NCBI GenBank assembly: GCA_963735035.1
Contig: CAVTJJ010000003.1
Span: 128,001-192,000, forward strand
DNA from: an uncultured candidate division Zixibacteria bacterium
GTDB taxonomy: Bacteria; Zixibacteria; MSB-5A5; GN15; FEB-12
Direction: 5' to 3'
DNA: 64,000 nucleotides
This document shows positions 31,050 through 41,170 of this stretch, piece by piece. The notes under the pieces are model-generated. The model was not told the origin of the DNA. It ran no database searches and saw nothing but the letters and a program-made list of their open reading frames with translations. Every line of letters starts with the position of its first letter. Position 1 is the stretch's first letter. The position numbers and the translations under genes were made by a program.

Positions 31050-33368
31050 ATGAATGCGAATGCGTTCGTTCTGACGCTGATAATACTCGCGAGTATGATC
31101 TCCGTACCAAAGTGCGGCGCTCAAGATGATTTCGGGGAGAGTATTAGCACCGTCTCCTATTGTGACAGCACCAATCAGTGGCTCGCCGGTTTCTGGATAA
31201 GCACGGACACGGCCTCCACTTCGAGACAATCCCGGCAGGAATCTGAATTGTCAGGTAGGCTGATGATCGAACTAGTCGGAGTGACCGGCATCAACATCAT
31301 GCACAACAGCGGCGGATTTTATCTACCATCGTTCGAAATTGATTTTGACAGCATAGTCTGCGGCCACGCTTTTGCCCGCCATGAACTGGAGGTGTCGACC
31401 AGCACTCGAGACGAGCACTGGTCGCAATTCTGGCAGGACCTGGGGTACCCCAGTTACAAAGGGACCGTTCTCCTCCAGGCAAGCGGAGGCGAAGATAAGT
31501 ACGAGTTCATTTTGTCGGATCCGGTTGACAGTATTCCTCGACGCCTGACCCTGGTGATACAGTGCGATCGCTGGAGTGCGAGCGAGACAGACAAAGCGCT
31601 GAATTATTCTTCATCTGACGTTCTGGTGTACAGTTTCACCCGCGGTACAGATACGAGTACAACCGACTGCACGACACCGGCTTGGAGTGGACTGTCGGAC
31701 GTGGAATCAAGGGGCAGCGAAGTCTTTGCCACGTCGGATAAGGGACTCTTCGTATTTGACATCCAAACCCCAGCCTCTCCGCAATTTGTGTCCTTTGTCA
31801 AGTCCGAGGCGGTGACGGATCTTTACGTCACGATATGCGACAGCACACACGTCTGTGTGTACCCAAAATTCTGGCAAATGCACGATCTTCAGATCATAGA
31901 CGTGAGTAATCGACGCCAACCGCAATTGTGCGGCCGATATGTGTTCTCTGTCGCAACTGCCGACGACGATCCGGCGCGACTTCTGGACCTGGCCTCAATT
32001 GACCGAACCATCTATGCTCTTATCGGGACGACGAAGAAGAGATACTTACAGGTACTGACAACTGTCGATTATTCGTCCATCACCCTTAGTTCAAGCATAG
32101 AATTATCTCGGAAATGCGACCGAATCGCGGTGAACGACCGGATTTTCGCCGTCGCCGGAGATGACGGCCTGTTTGTATACGACAGGAATGCGCTTGAAGC
32201 GATGACCAGCGGAGCGAAACCGCTCAGCGGAGACAAACCACTCAAAGGAAGATTCACCGGCATTCTGGTATTGAATGACAGTACAATTGTCGGCATCAAG
32301 AAATCGGCACTCGAGGTCATACACTCTGACGGCCCGACCCTCTTGACGGTCGGCAAGTGCAAACTTGAGTCCGAGACGGCCTACTATTACAAGGCCCGGG
32401 GTAATCTGGTCATAGTCGATCAGGACATCGTCGACTGCTCGATCCTGGAACGGCCGGTTCTGCAATCCAGCTATTTTCTTTTCGACGATCCGCTTTCAAT
32501 AGCGGGCCAATATGCTTGTGTAGCGACGCCCCTCGGACTGGACGTATATGACATTTCGGATCCGACAAAACCTGTCTCAGTCGGGAAATATGACGAGGAG
32601 GTCTACCGGAACCTGACTGATCCTGACCGCATAAACGCCAGGCGGCTGGTCCAGTCAGCGGAAGCTGGAGATCTTCAGGCCCAATATGAACTGGGTTGGT
32701 GTTATGCCGAGGGTCGGGGGGTTGAGACGGACGCAGAAACCGCTCGAATGTGGATCCGGAAAGCAGCCGATGGAGGATTCGCCAAAGCTGAGTACGATCT
32801 GTTTCTGTACGGCCTCGAAACCTTCCCCGTCGACACTTCAGCCAATTTTCAGTATTGCCGAAGAGCAGCGGATCACGGATCAATTGAAGCCGAGTACGCG
32901 CTGGGGAAATGCTATTTGACCGGCTACGGCCTGAGTATTGACACGGCCCAGGCTGAAGCTGTCTTTCAACGACTTGCACAGACCGGTGACCCAGATGCTA
33001 TGGTTCAGCTCTTTGATCTTAGGCAGGAGAAAGCGCGGACTGCGTCCGATACTGCGGATGTTTTGAGCTGGGCCCGGCAGGCTGCCAGCCATATGTCTCC
33101 AGCAGGTCAATATCGACTTGGGCTGTGCTATTTCGATGGCTTTGGAGTTCAAGAGTCGGTCACTGAGGCTGTCCGACTTATTCGATTCGCAGCCGACAAA
33201 GGGTATGCCTTTGCTCAGACCGAACTGGGAATATGTTACGATGAAGGGCGCGGCGTGGAACAAGACAAAGCAGAAGCGATGAAGTGGCTTCAGAAGGCCG
33301 CCGACCAAAATGATTTGCGCGCACGAGGGCTCATCCTTGTGCATCAACTGCGTCAACAAGACCAATGA
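31050..33368 (+). CDS. Exported protein with LVIVD-like propeller repeats and C-terminal Sel1 repeats
   Basis: GLFVFDIQTPASP, GLDVYDISDPTKP; AQYELGWCYAEGRGV repeats; start uncertain (frame open from 30885). Confidence 0.8.
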   Translation: MNANAFVLTLIILASMISVPKCGAQDDFGESISTVSYCDSTNQWLAGFWISTDTASTSRQSRQESELSGRLMIELVGVTGINIMHNSGGFYLPSFEIDFDSIVCGHAFARHELEVSTSTRDEHWSQFWQDLGYPSYKGTVLLQASGGEDKYEFILSDPVDSIPRRLTLVIQCDRWSASETDKALNYSSSDVLVYSFTRGTDTSTTDCTTPAWSGLSDVESRGSEVFATSDKGLFVFDIQTPASPQFVSFVKSEAVTDLYVTICDSTHVCVYPKFWQMHDLQIIDVSNRRQPQLCGRYVFSVATADDDPARLLDLASIDRTIYALIGTTKKRYLQVLTTVDYSSITLSSSIELSRKCDRIAVNDRIFAVAGDDGLFVYDRNALEAMTSGAKPLSGDKPLKGRFTGILVLNDSTIVGIKKSALEVIHSDGPTLLTVGKCKLESETAYYYKARGNLVIVDQDIVDCSILERPVLQSSYFLFDDPLSIAGQYACVATPLGLDVYDISDPTKPVSVGKYDEEVYRNLTDPDRINARRLVQSAEAGDLQAQYELGWCYAEGRGVETDAETARMWIRKAADGGFAKAEYDLFLYGLETFPVDTSANFQYCRRAADHGSIEAEYALGKCYLTGYGLSIDTAQAEAVFQRLAQTGDPDAMVQLFDLRQEKARTASDTADVLSWARQAASHMSPAGQYRLGLCYFDGFGVQESVTEAVRLIRFAADKGYAFAQTELGICYDEGRGVEQDKAEAMKWLQKAADQNDLRARGLILVHQLRQQDQ

Positions 33369-34837
33369 GATCTAGCGATAGGAGAAGGTCAATGCCAGTG
33401 ATAGGTACTTCTTCAAGAGTGCAGAGAATTGCGCTTGCCGCGGTTTTGCTATGCTTGGCCGGTTGCGGGGGCGGACTTCTTGACAAGGCCGTTTCCGGTC
33501 TTGTCGATCAACTTGGACCGGACCAGCGCTTCGAAGTAAGGCGCACCAGTTTAGGTGAGGTCCAGTTTGCAATCATGGTCCCGGGCGCCACAGTAGTCAA
33601 CAGTCAGAATAACAGCTATGCTTGCGTGATCAATTTGAAAGGCAAGTATTCGGTTGCGCTCAACGGCCAGAAAGAAAATGTGTTTGATTCAATCCTGCAG
33701 AATCGCGCCGTTTTCAGTCCCGACGGCACGCGGCTCGCCTATGCGGCCATGCAGGGTCAGCTGTGGGCGGTCATGGTTGACCATCTACCCGGCCCAAAGT
33801 ACGAAGAGATCGCAAACGTGGTGTTCAGCCCCGACAGTCGGAGAATCGCCTATGCCGCGCGGCAGGACGGCCTCTGGGTCATCAACGTCGATGACCACGA
33901 GGGTCCAGCTTTCGGTAGTATAGGAACGCCGGTCTTCAGCCCCGATAGCAAGCATGTCGCTTACTCGTCGGTATCCGATGCCGGCGCCCAACTCCTGGTG
34001 GATCACAGAGTGATTGCTCAGGCAGAGGGCTTCCGCCGTGGTCAGATCGTATTCAGCCCTGACGGCCGCCGTGTAGCATTTGCGGCCCGTTCGGGCGAGC
34101 AATGGGCGGTGGCGGTCGACAGCACCAAGGGGAGACTATACGATGATGTAAACAATATCGGCTTTGACCCAAATGGCTCGGCCGTCGCCTACATCGCCAA
34201 GACGAACGACGAGGATGTCCTCGTAATTGGCGAAAAGGAAATCGCTCGCCACGACCATATCTTCAAGTATGGTTTCCTTCCCGCATCCGACCAAATTGTA
34301 TACGCTGCCACTGATGGTGACACCGCTCTCGTCCTTCTGGGAGATAGTGTAATCGGTAAATGGACGACTTCTTTACCACCGGACTTTGTGCTCGATTCTT
34401 CTCACGTGCACACTACTTTCCTGGGGGCCAGGGAAAAGAGTCGCATATCAGTAGTGGTGGATGGTCGGGAAGGAAACGCATATGACAGCGTTGGTACGAT
34501 TGTACATTCCCCGTCAGGTGACCGTTATGCCTTTGTGGCTCAGAAGAAGGCGTCGATCTTTGTTGTTGTCGACGGACATGAACAGGGGCCTTACGAAGAT
34601 CAATATCTATTCCTTTCACCACCGTCTTTCAGTACTGACGGAAAGTATGTCGCGTATGGGGTGCTGATCAAAGGCAAATCGAGCATATTTGTTAACGGTA
34701 TACCTGGTGAACATATTAGTGCCTATTTACCGTCCGGGAGACCGGCCGTAACCTGGGATTCACCGAAGACGTTTCATTACCTGGCAGCCTTCGACAATAA
34801 CATAAATCTCGTTGAAGAGGAATTCCGCAAACCGTAG
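33365..34837 (+). CDS. PD40/TolB-like beta-propeller lipoprotein
   Basis: Lipobox LAG-C; repeated VFSPD...AYAA...W.V.VD. Confidence 0.8.
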   Translation: MRSSDRRRSMPVIGTSSRVQRIALAAVLLCLAGCGGGLLDKAVSGLVDQLGPDQRFEVRRTSLGEVQFAIMVPGATVVNSQNNSYACVINLKGKYSVALNGQKENVFDSILQNRAVFSPDGTRLAYAAMQGQLWAVMVDHLPGPKYEEIANVVFSPDSRRIAYAARQDGLWVINVDDHEGPAFGSIGTPVFSPDSKHVAYSSVSDAGAQLLVDHRVIAQAEGFRRGQIVFSPDGRRVAFAARSGEQWAVAVDSTKGRLYDDVNNIGFDPNGSAVAYIAKTNDEDVLVIGEKEIARHDHIFKYGFLPASDQIVYAATDGDTALVLLGDSVIGKWTTSLPPDFVLDSSHVHTTFLGAREKSRISVVVDGREGNAYDSVGTIVHSPSGDRYAFVAQKKASIFVVVDGHEQGPYEDQYLFLSPPSFSTDGKYVAYGVLIKGKSSIFVNGIPGEHISAYLPSGRPAVTWDSPKTFHYLAAFDNNINLVEEEFRKP

Positions 34838-34982
34838 GAAATCCCGAGATTCGCTAAGATTTCGATACCGATTTGACGGATGGGTCTTGGCAAAGCGTAC
34901 ACCGTAGGGCGTCCGGTCGGTTATGGAGACCAAGGCCTGAGACAACAGTCACCCAGCCATAAATAGTGGGCCACCCGGTGAT

Positions 34983-35041
34983 GTCGAAACCGCAGGGGTT
35001 TCGACCTACAAAGGCTCATGCGTCGACAGGCTCAGCATGAC
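34983..35041. repeat. Two REP-like palindromes
   Basis: GTCGAAACC...GGTTTCGAC-CTAC (GTAG foot on minus) and TCATGC...GCATGAC. Confidence 0.55.
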
Positions 35042-35048
35042 CTGAGGG

Positions 35049-36803
35049 CTACTTCGCCGGATGCCGCTTGATCACCACCACCGTGATGTCATCGAAAACA
35101 TGCGTCGGCGAGGCATACGCATACACTGCTTTACCAATCGCCTCGCCTATCTCGATACTCTTAGCGTTGCGGTTGGCCTTAATTACGTTGGTCAATCCCG
35201 CCAGGCCGAATTCGTGGCCGTCCTTGTCGAAAACTTCCGTGACACCGTCGGTGTACATCACAATCATCTCGCCCGGCTGAAGCATGAACGCGCGCTCTTC
35301 GAACGTCGCCTGTTTGTTGACACCGAGCAACACGCCGCCAACGTTGAGAAGTTCCACCGTGCCGTCCAGACGAAACCAGAGCGGCGGATTGTGGCCGAAA
35401 TTGGAGAAGGTGAAGATATGGTTGGTCGTGTCGAGCACGCCGTAGACCGCGGTCACGTACATCCCCGACTCGAGCGATTCACAGAGCAGCGAATTGACTT
35501 TCTGGCCGATCGTGCGAATCGAGTAGTTGTTGCGGATCTCGGCGATCAGCGACGCCCGGAACGACGCCATGACCAGCGCGGCCGGCATCCCCTTGCCGGA
35601 AACGTCGGCGATAGCGATCCCAAGATGGCTATCGACAATGCGAATGAAATCGTAATAGTCGCCGCCAACCTGACCCGACGGCGTATTGTGCCCGCTTATG
35701 TCATAACCAGAGACAGTCGGATCCTTCTTTGGCAGGAAAGTACGCTGCGTGTCGCGGGCCACGCCGAGTTGAGCTTCGAGCTGTTTTGCATTCAGATTGC
35801 GTTCAACCATCCGGGCACGCTCGATGGACATTCCGGCCTGCGACGCGAACGCCCGGATCAAATTGACGTGGCTGCGGTCGAAAGCACTGTGATCGTTGGA
35901 TTCGAGATTGATGACGCCGATAACACGGTCATTGACTTTGATCGGCACGGCTATTTCGCTGCGCGTGTCGGCGGTCATCTGAACGTAGCGCGAATCCGAG
36001 GTGACGTCGTCGACAATTACTTCCTTCCCCGAAGTCGCCGCCGCACCGACCAGACCTTCGTCGCACTTGAGATGCAGGCTGTCTTCGGACTCGGGGTTAT
36101 AGCCCACCGTGTAAATGGCGTTGAGGTCGACTCCTTTATCGTCACAGAGAAAGACGCCGCCGACCTGGAAGTTGACTACCTGCTTGAGGGAATCGAGAAT
36201 GGCCGCGAGCACTTCCTGGAGTGACAACTTCGATGACAACTTCTGTCCAATCTCGTACAGCAGCGTCTTTTCAAGCGCTTCTCGTTTCGCCTCGCGGTAG
36301 AGATAGGCGTTTGTGACGGCTACCGCGATCTGGTTGTTCAGACCGCTGAGGACGTCCAGGTCGGCTTGACCGAACTCCCCGTTGAGCTTGTTGACCGCCT
36401 CGACCACGCCGATCAGTTTGCCGCGTCCGATCAGCGGCAGAGCGACCAGCGAGCGCGCCATCACGCCTACCTGGCTGCCCATATCGTGATCGACCCGGGG
36501 ATCATTGGCGGCATCGTTGATAATGACCGCCTCCTTGCGATCCATCACCCAGCCGAGCACACCCGCGGACGGCTGACGGCCGAGCGTCTGCATCTTGAAA
36601 TCACGGTCGGACATAACTCGGGTGCGACGTTCGCGCGGGTCGGGGTCATGGCGATAGATGGCGGCCACTTCGGAATCGACCGCCGCCATGACGAGTTTGA
36701 GCACCATCTCGATCAACTCTTCGTATTCGAGGGTGCTGTTGAAAGTTCGGGCGGCCTCGAGCATCAGCTTCTCGACGCGGCTTTGTCTTATTTCGTCGGA
36801 CAT
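35049..36803 (-). CDS. GAF-GAF-PP2C (SpoIIE/RsbU-like) phosphatase
   Basis: Two GAF domains; VGGDYYD, ADVSGKG, YTDGVTE, DDIT. Confidence 0.93.
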   Translation of the reverse strand: MSDEIRQSRVEKLMLEAARTFNSTLEYEELIEMVLKLVMAAVDSEVAAIYRHDPDPRERRTRVMSDRDFKMQTLGRQPSAGVLGWVMDRKEAVIINDAANDPRVDHDMGSQVGVMARSLVALPLIGRGKLIGVVEAVNKLNGEFGQADLDVLSGLNNQIAVAVTNAYLYREAKREALEKTLLYEIGQKLSSKLSLQEVLAAILDSLKQVVNFQVGGVFLCDDKGVDLNAIYTVGYNPESEDSLHLKCDEGLVGAAATSGKEVIVDDVTSDSRYVQMTADTRSEIAVPIKVNDRVIGVINLESNDHSAFDRSHVNLIRAFASQAGMSIERARMVERNLNAKQLEAQLGVARDTQRTFLPKKDPTVSGYDISGHNTPSGQVGGDYYDFIRIVDSHLGIAIADVSGKGMPAALVMASFRASLIAEIRNNYSIRTIGQKVNSLLCESLESGMYVTAVYGVLDTTNHIFTFSNFGHNPPLWFRLDGTVELLNVGGVLLGVNKQATFEERAFMLQPGEMIVMYTDGVTEVFDKDGHEFGLAGLTNVIKANRNAKSIEIGEAIGKAVYAYASPTHVFDDITVVVIKRHPAK

Positions 36804-36910
36804 AGTGGGGGTAAGGTAAGGGATTGAAGGGGATTGTCAAATGGTGAAGAGGACCGTTGGAGAGTGTAACAGCTACAATCAATGCGCGACGTGGGGGCCG
36901 GCCCAACTTC

Positions 36911-37010
36911 TGGTGCCCCGGCGCTTGCGCTGGGATTCCTATCAGAAACCCCTACATCCAACTCTGCTCGTTTTGGTGCCCCAGCGCTTGCGCTGGGATG
37001 CCTATCAGAA
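36911..37010. repeat. Two REPs downstream of RAYT (63-bp period)
   Basis: TGGTGCCCCRGCGCTTGCGCTGGGA at 36911 and 36974. Confidence 0.9.
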
Positions 37011-37535
37011 ATCCGGTTCATCCATTGAGATCGGCACATCCTTCATTCCCGAATACCAGTTGTAACTCGACCATATCCATTGACCTGGTTGAGTCACCAG
37101 ACCACGAGTCACTGGATTCTTGTGACAGTACTCAATCTTCAACCTCACTGACTCCGATGAGCGGCAATTGTGGTCATAGCACCGCGGCAACCAAAGTGCT
37201 TCCTGTAATTCACCGTGACGAAACACTTCGAGCTCACCGGAACTAAGACCAGCCCTAAACAACAGTGGCAATATTCGTCTGGCCGAACGCGACTTCAGTT
37301 CACCGACAACTATACCAAGCCGACAACTAGCGAGTAGCTTTAGGACTAAATGTACGTGCTCAGGCATTACTACATAAGCATACAGTCGAAGCGAGTACTT
37401 CAGTTTGACCGCAAACAGCTCCTCGACGAAGACTCGAATGACGGAATCATCGAAGAGGAGGGGTAGACGCTGGTGACAGGAGAAAGTGACAAAGCGGACG
37501 TCGGAGAGGTGATCGTAATGTTTCAATTCAGTCAT
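37005..37535 (-). mobile_element. REP-associated tyrosine transposase (RAYT/TnpAREP)
   Basis: FVTFSC, VVMPEHVHL (HUH), YDH, EYCHKNPV (catalytic Tyr), WSSY; REPs on both sides. Confidence 0.9.
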
Positions 37536-37547
37536 AGTGCATCAAGA

Positions 37548-37770
37548 CCCAGCGCAAGCGCTGGGGCACCAGAATATATGCTTACATTCCAGCGCAAGCG
37601 CTTAGGCACCAGAGTATATGCTTACATCCCAGCGCAAGCGCTGGGGCACCAGAATATATGCTTACATTCCAGCGCAAGCGCTTAGGCACCAGAGTATATG
37701 CTTACATCCCAGCGCAAGCGCTGGGGCACCAGAGTATATGCTTACATCCCAGCGCAAGCGCTGGGGCACC
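37548..37770. repeat. Tandem array of six REPs, 40-bp period
   Basis: AGCGCAAGCG at 37551, 37591, 37631, 37671, 37711, 37751. Confidence 0.97.
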
Positions 37771-37815
37771 GAATAGTGCCAACAAGTGACATCTGTTCAA
37801 AACCTATGCCCCCCC

Positions 37816-39351
37816 TCACAACCACAAGTGCCGGTCGAGCGTCCGGTAGTGGATCGCCTCGGCGACATGTCCCATCTGGATGTCATCCGAATTGTCCAAA
37901 TCGGCTATTGTGCGCGAGACTTTCAATATCCGGTCGTACGCCCGCGCCGATAATCCCTGCTGTTTGATCGCCAGCGCCAGTAACGCTTGTGATTTTTCAT
38001 CGAGTTGGCAGAAACGCCTGATATCGCGCGACTCCATCTGGGCGTTCGAGTAAAGCGACTTCTCTCCCTTGAACCGGTCAAGCTGTCGCTGTCGTGCCGA
38101 GTTGACCCGTTTGCGGATGATCTCGGACTTTTCCCCGCGCGTTTCCGACGACAACTCTTTGAATTTCACCGACGGCACCGAGACATGAATATCGATCCGG
38201 TCCAGAAGCGGTCCGGAGATGCGCGACATATAACGCTGGATTTCACCCGGCGTGCATTTGCACTCATGCAATTGTTCTCCGCTGTATCCGCACGGACAGG
38301 GGTTCATCGCGGCTACGAGCATGAATCGGGCCGGGTAGGTCAGAGTCGTGGCGGCCCGCGAAATAGTGACGTGATTGTCCTCCATCGGCTGGCGCAGCAT
38401 CTCCAAGATGTCCTTCTTGAACTCGGGGAGTTCGTCGAGAAAGAGCACGCCGTTGTGCGCGAGAGATACTTCGCCGGGTTTCGGGATCGCGCCTCCGCCT
38501 ATCAATCCGGCATAGGAGATCGTGTGATGCGGTGATCGCGCAGGGCGAGTAGCAACCAGGGCCGAGTCGGCGGGAAGACGCCCGGCCACCGAGTGAATCT
38601 TGGTGGTTTCGAGCGCCTCGCCCAGAGTCATGTCAGGTAAAATTGTGGGCAGCCTTCGCGCCAGCATCGTCTTCCCCGACCCGGGCGGACCGATCATGAT
38701 GACGTTGTGACCGCCGGCCGCGGCAACTTCGAGTGCCCGCTTGGCCGTTTCCTGACCTTTGACATCGCAAAAATCGACCGGGTAGATGCGGGCGCGGTCG
38801 AAAACCGCCTTGATGTCGATCTTGTGGGGCTGGATGGTCGTTTGGTCTTCGAAAAAGTGCACCGCCTCCTTGAGCGACTTGACCGGAAATACCGGCACCG
38901 TCCCGGCCATGGCGGCCTCGCAGGCGTTTTCAGCCGAGACCAACATCCCTTTGAGATGTGGCTGGGTGAGACTCATGGCCATAGGCAACACCCCCGGTAC
39001 CGGCCTGAGAGCGCCGTCGAGCGACAGTTCCCCCAGCATGACATATTCATCAAACCGCTCGCATAGAACTTGACCGGTGGCCGCCAGGATACCAACCGCG
39101 ATCGGAAGATCGAAGGCACAACCCTCCTTCCTGATGTCAGCCGGGGCCAGATTGATGGTGACTTTCTTGGACGGAAAAATGAAATCGGAATTCTTGATGG
39201 CGGCCGTCACCCGCTCCTTGGATTCCCTCACCGCCCCGTCGGGCAATCCGACCGTAATGAACAACGGAAGTTGCTGCTGGATATCGGCTTCAACCTCGAC
39301 CGTGTAAGCTTCGACACCCAGTGTGGCCGCTGATAAGACTTTGGAAAGCAT
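37816..39351 (-). CDS. comM: ComM/YifB Mg-chelatase-like ATPase
   Basis: VGLPDGAVRES, GPPGSGKT, RSPHH, PGEVSLAHNGVLFLDE, MNPCPCG. Confidence 0.93.
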   Translation of the reverse strand: MLSKVLSAATLGVEAYTVEVEADIQQQLPLFITVGLPDGAVRESKERVTAAIKNSDFIFPSKKVTINLAPADIRKEGCAFDLPIAVGILAATGQVLCERFDEYVMLGELSLDGALRPVPGVLPMAMSLTQPHLKGMLVSAENACEAAMAGTVPVFPVKSLKEAVHFFEDQTTIQPHKIDIKAVFDRARIYPVDFCDVKGQETAKRALEVAAAGGHNVIMIGPPGSGKTMLARRLPTILPDMTLGEALETTKIHSVAGRLPADSALVATRPARSPHHTISYAGLIGGGAIPKPGEVSLAHNGVLFLDELPEFKKDILEMLRQPMEDNHVTISRAATTLTYPARFMLVAAMNPCPCGYSGEQLHECKCTPGEIQRYMSRISGPLLDRIDIHVSVPSVKFKELSSETRGEKSEIIRKRVNSARQRQLDRFKGEKSLYSNAQMESRDIRRFCQLDEKSQALLALAIKQQGLSARAYDRILKVSRTIADLDNSDDIQMGHVAEAIHYRTLDRHLWL

Positions 39352-39501
39352 CGATTCGATCCTCAGCTAAGCGTTTCAGCGGCGCATCACCGTCCGAACA
39401 TCACGGACAGACACTCCCGGCCGCCGACTCAATTTGTTGAGGACCACTGACAGATACTGTCAGTGAAAATTCCTCCGTTGCAGGAAATCTTCCCGACGGG
39501 C

Positions 39502-39531
39502 AAAAAAAAACCGGCCCCGCGAGGGGCCGGT
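39502..39531 (-). terminator. Intrinsic terminator
   Basis: CCGGCCCC-TCGC-GGGGCCGG followed by T9 on minus strand. Confidence 0.9.
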
Positions 39532-39549
39532 GAATTTGTGGCACTAATA

Positions 39550-40038
39550 CTAATTGATTACGGCGCGAAGCAGTCTGATATCTTTGATCACGCGGACCGA
39601 GTTACCGGCGGTCGTGGTGGTCACGTCGTGATAAAGCTTCAGTGTGTCCGTAGTCTGATCCAGGCTGAAATATCCGCCGGGGGCCCAATCCTGCGTACAG
39701 ACGCCACGAGTGTAGTTCGAGTCGGTGACAGTCAGATCTACACCGTTACCAAGCACATAGGTACCCAGTACGTCGCAGAATACGCGCAGCGATTCGGGAA
39801 TAGTGGATTCGATATCCATCGAGAATTCCGGCTTGCGGAAAGTGAATTCAATCGACTGGCTCGTATCGGGCAATGTGTCGACACCATTCTTGATTATCAT
39901 CAAGTGATAAGTGCCTACATAGTTGCCGTTTATGCTCGGAGGAAACGGGACCTCGACATCATCGCGGCATGATATGAACAGGCTCGCGCCCAGCAACAGA
40001 ACCAATATTGTCGCCCACAGACTTACTGCTCTTAACAT
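39550..40038 (-). CDS. Hypothetical lipoprotein
   Basis: Hydrophobic leader ending FIS-C; followed by terminator. Confidence 0.75.
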   Translation of the reverse strand: MLRAVSLWATILVLLLGASLFISCRDDVEVPFPPSINGNYVGTYHLMIIKNGVDTLPDTSQSIEFTFRKPEFSMDIESTIPESLRVFCDVLGTYVLGNGVDLTVTDSNYTRGVCTQDWAPGGYFSLDQTTDTLKLYHDVTTTTAGNSVRVIKDIRLLRAVIN

Positions 40039-40213
40039 CCTTCATGACTCCCTATGGAACATCCTACTCATCAGCGGTCGAATATACCCCGGTGGCGAAC
40101 CCCGCACAACAGGAAAATTCAGTTGATCACACCGAAAAGACGCAGGGGCGGCTCATTTCGTGCAAGTTGGTTACTGTGAAGTTGATGGCGGGTCGTCTTC
40201 CCAGGATAGAACA

Positions 40214-40345
40214 CTACCGAAGCCTGCTGCAATTTGAGACAACGGTAGACTTTGGGATATCAAGCTCAGCTATATGCTGGTAGGACTCGGAAGGATCGTC
40301 AAGCCGCCCGAGTTGGCTCGGTAACTTCTTCTGCCCCAATTTATT
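40214..40345 (-). pseudogene. Possible ECF sigma region-4 remnant
   Basis: Translates KKLPSQL...SYQHIAELDIPKSTVVSNCSRLR*; no start or region 2 seen. Confidence 0.3.
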
Positions 40346-40565
40346 GCAACCGCCTAAGACAAACCGGGCAAGAATCTACTTCCCCGGTAGATATCCAAGA
40401 AAAGGAGGATAAAATTGATCCCGTTTTGATCGAGTGGCACCACTAGTTATTCACGCGGTTGTAAGTAACCGGGCGTATGAAGAGGCGTCTGGCTTGACTT
40501 CGGAGGAGCCACCTTCGTTATTTCCGCCTCACTGGAAAGTCCAAATAGGCCGATAACATCATATT

Positions 40566-41066
40566 ATGAAGCTTTCGCGGTTTCTGACAGAAGAAGTGAT
40601 CAAGTTGGAGATGGAGACGGTAGTTGAGCCGCCGGCCGAGGGCGCTTCCGTGAAAAGATGGCAGGAAGAAAACAAGCGACTGGTACTCAACGAGTTGGTT
40701 TCGTTGCTGGAAAGCGGATCACGGATCGGCAACCGCACCAAGCTGTTGAATGACTTTATCAACCGCGAGAAGAAGGCGACGACCGGAATCGGACGAGGTA
40801 TAGCTATCCCTCACATTCGCTCGCTCCAGGCGAAAGACCTCATGCTCGCTTTTGCCCGTTCTACTCCAGGGTATGATTTTGAATCACTTGACGATAAGCC
40901 TGTCCACTTGTTCTTCATTATGGCCGCTCCCCCATACGACGACGACCTCTACCTGAAAGTCTTCAAGTCCTTGTCGCAGATGCTACAACATGAATCGTTC
41001 CGCAACGAACTGATGCAGGTAGAATCCCGCGGTGAAATCATCCGCGCCATCAAAAGCATGGAATAG
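40566..41066 (+). CDS. PTS EIIA (Ntr/Fru family)
   Basis: RE..ATTGIGRGIAIPH phospho-His motif; FESLDDKPVHLFF. Confidence 0.9.
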   Translation: MKLSRFLTEEVIKLEMETVVEPPAEGASVKRWQEENKRLVLNELVSLLESGSRIGNRTKLLNDFINREKKATTGIGRGIAIPHIRSLQAKDLMLAFARSTPGYDFESLDDKPVHLFFIMAAPPYDDDLYLKVFKSLSQMLQHESFRNELMQVESRGEIIRAIKSME

Positions 41067-41136
41067 ACGACAATAATGGTTGTCAATCCGGCCGATTTGT
41101 GTCGTTCCAAAAAAAGTTCCCGAAACCGTCTTTTTT

Positions 41137-41165
41137 TGTAAACATTCGGTTCCATGACCCGTCTA
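41137..41165 (+). promoter_or_regulatory. ECF-type sigma promoter
   Basis: TGTAAAC-N16-CGTCTA. Confidence 0.55.
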
Positions 41166-41170
41166 TATCA

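Noticed and set aside
35061..36224. Long antisense ORFs (also 4824..5915, 21274..22245, 24454..25479, 61325..62392)
   Set aside because: Shadow frames of well-supported opposite-strand genes in GC-rich DNA
37548..37770. CRISPR array
   Set aside because: Intervening sequences are near-identical rather than unique spacers, no cas genes, and the neighbour is a RAYT
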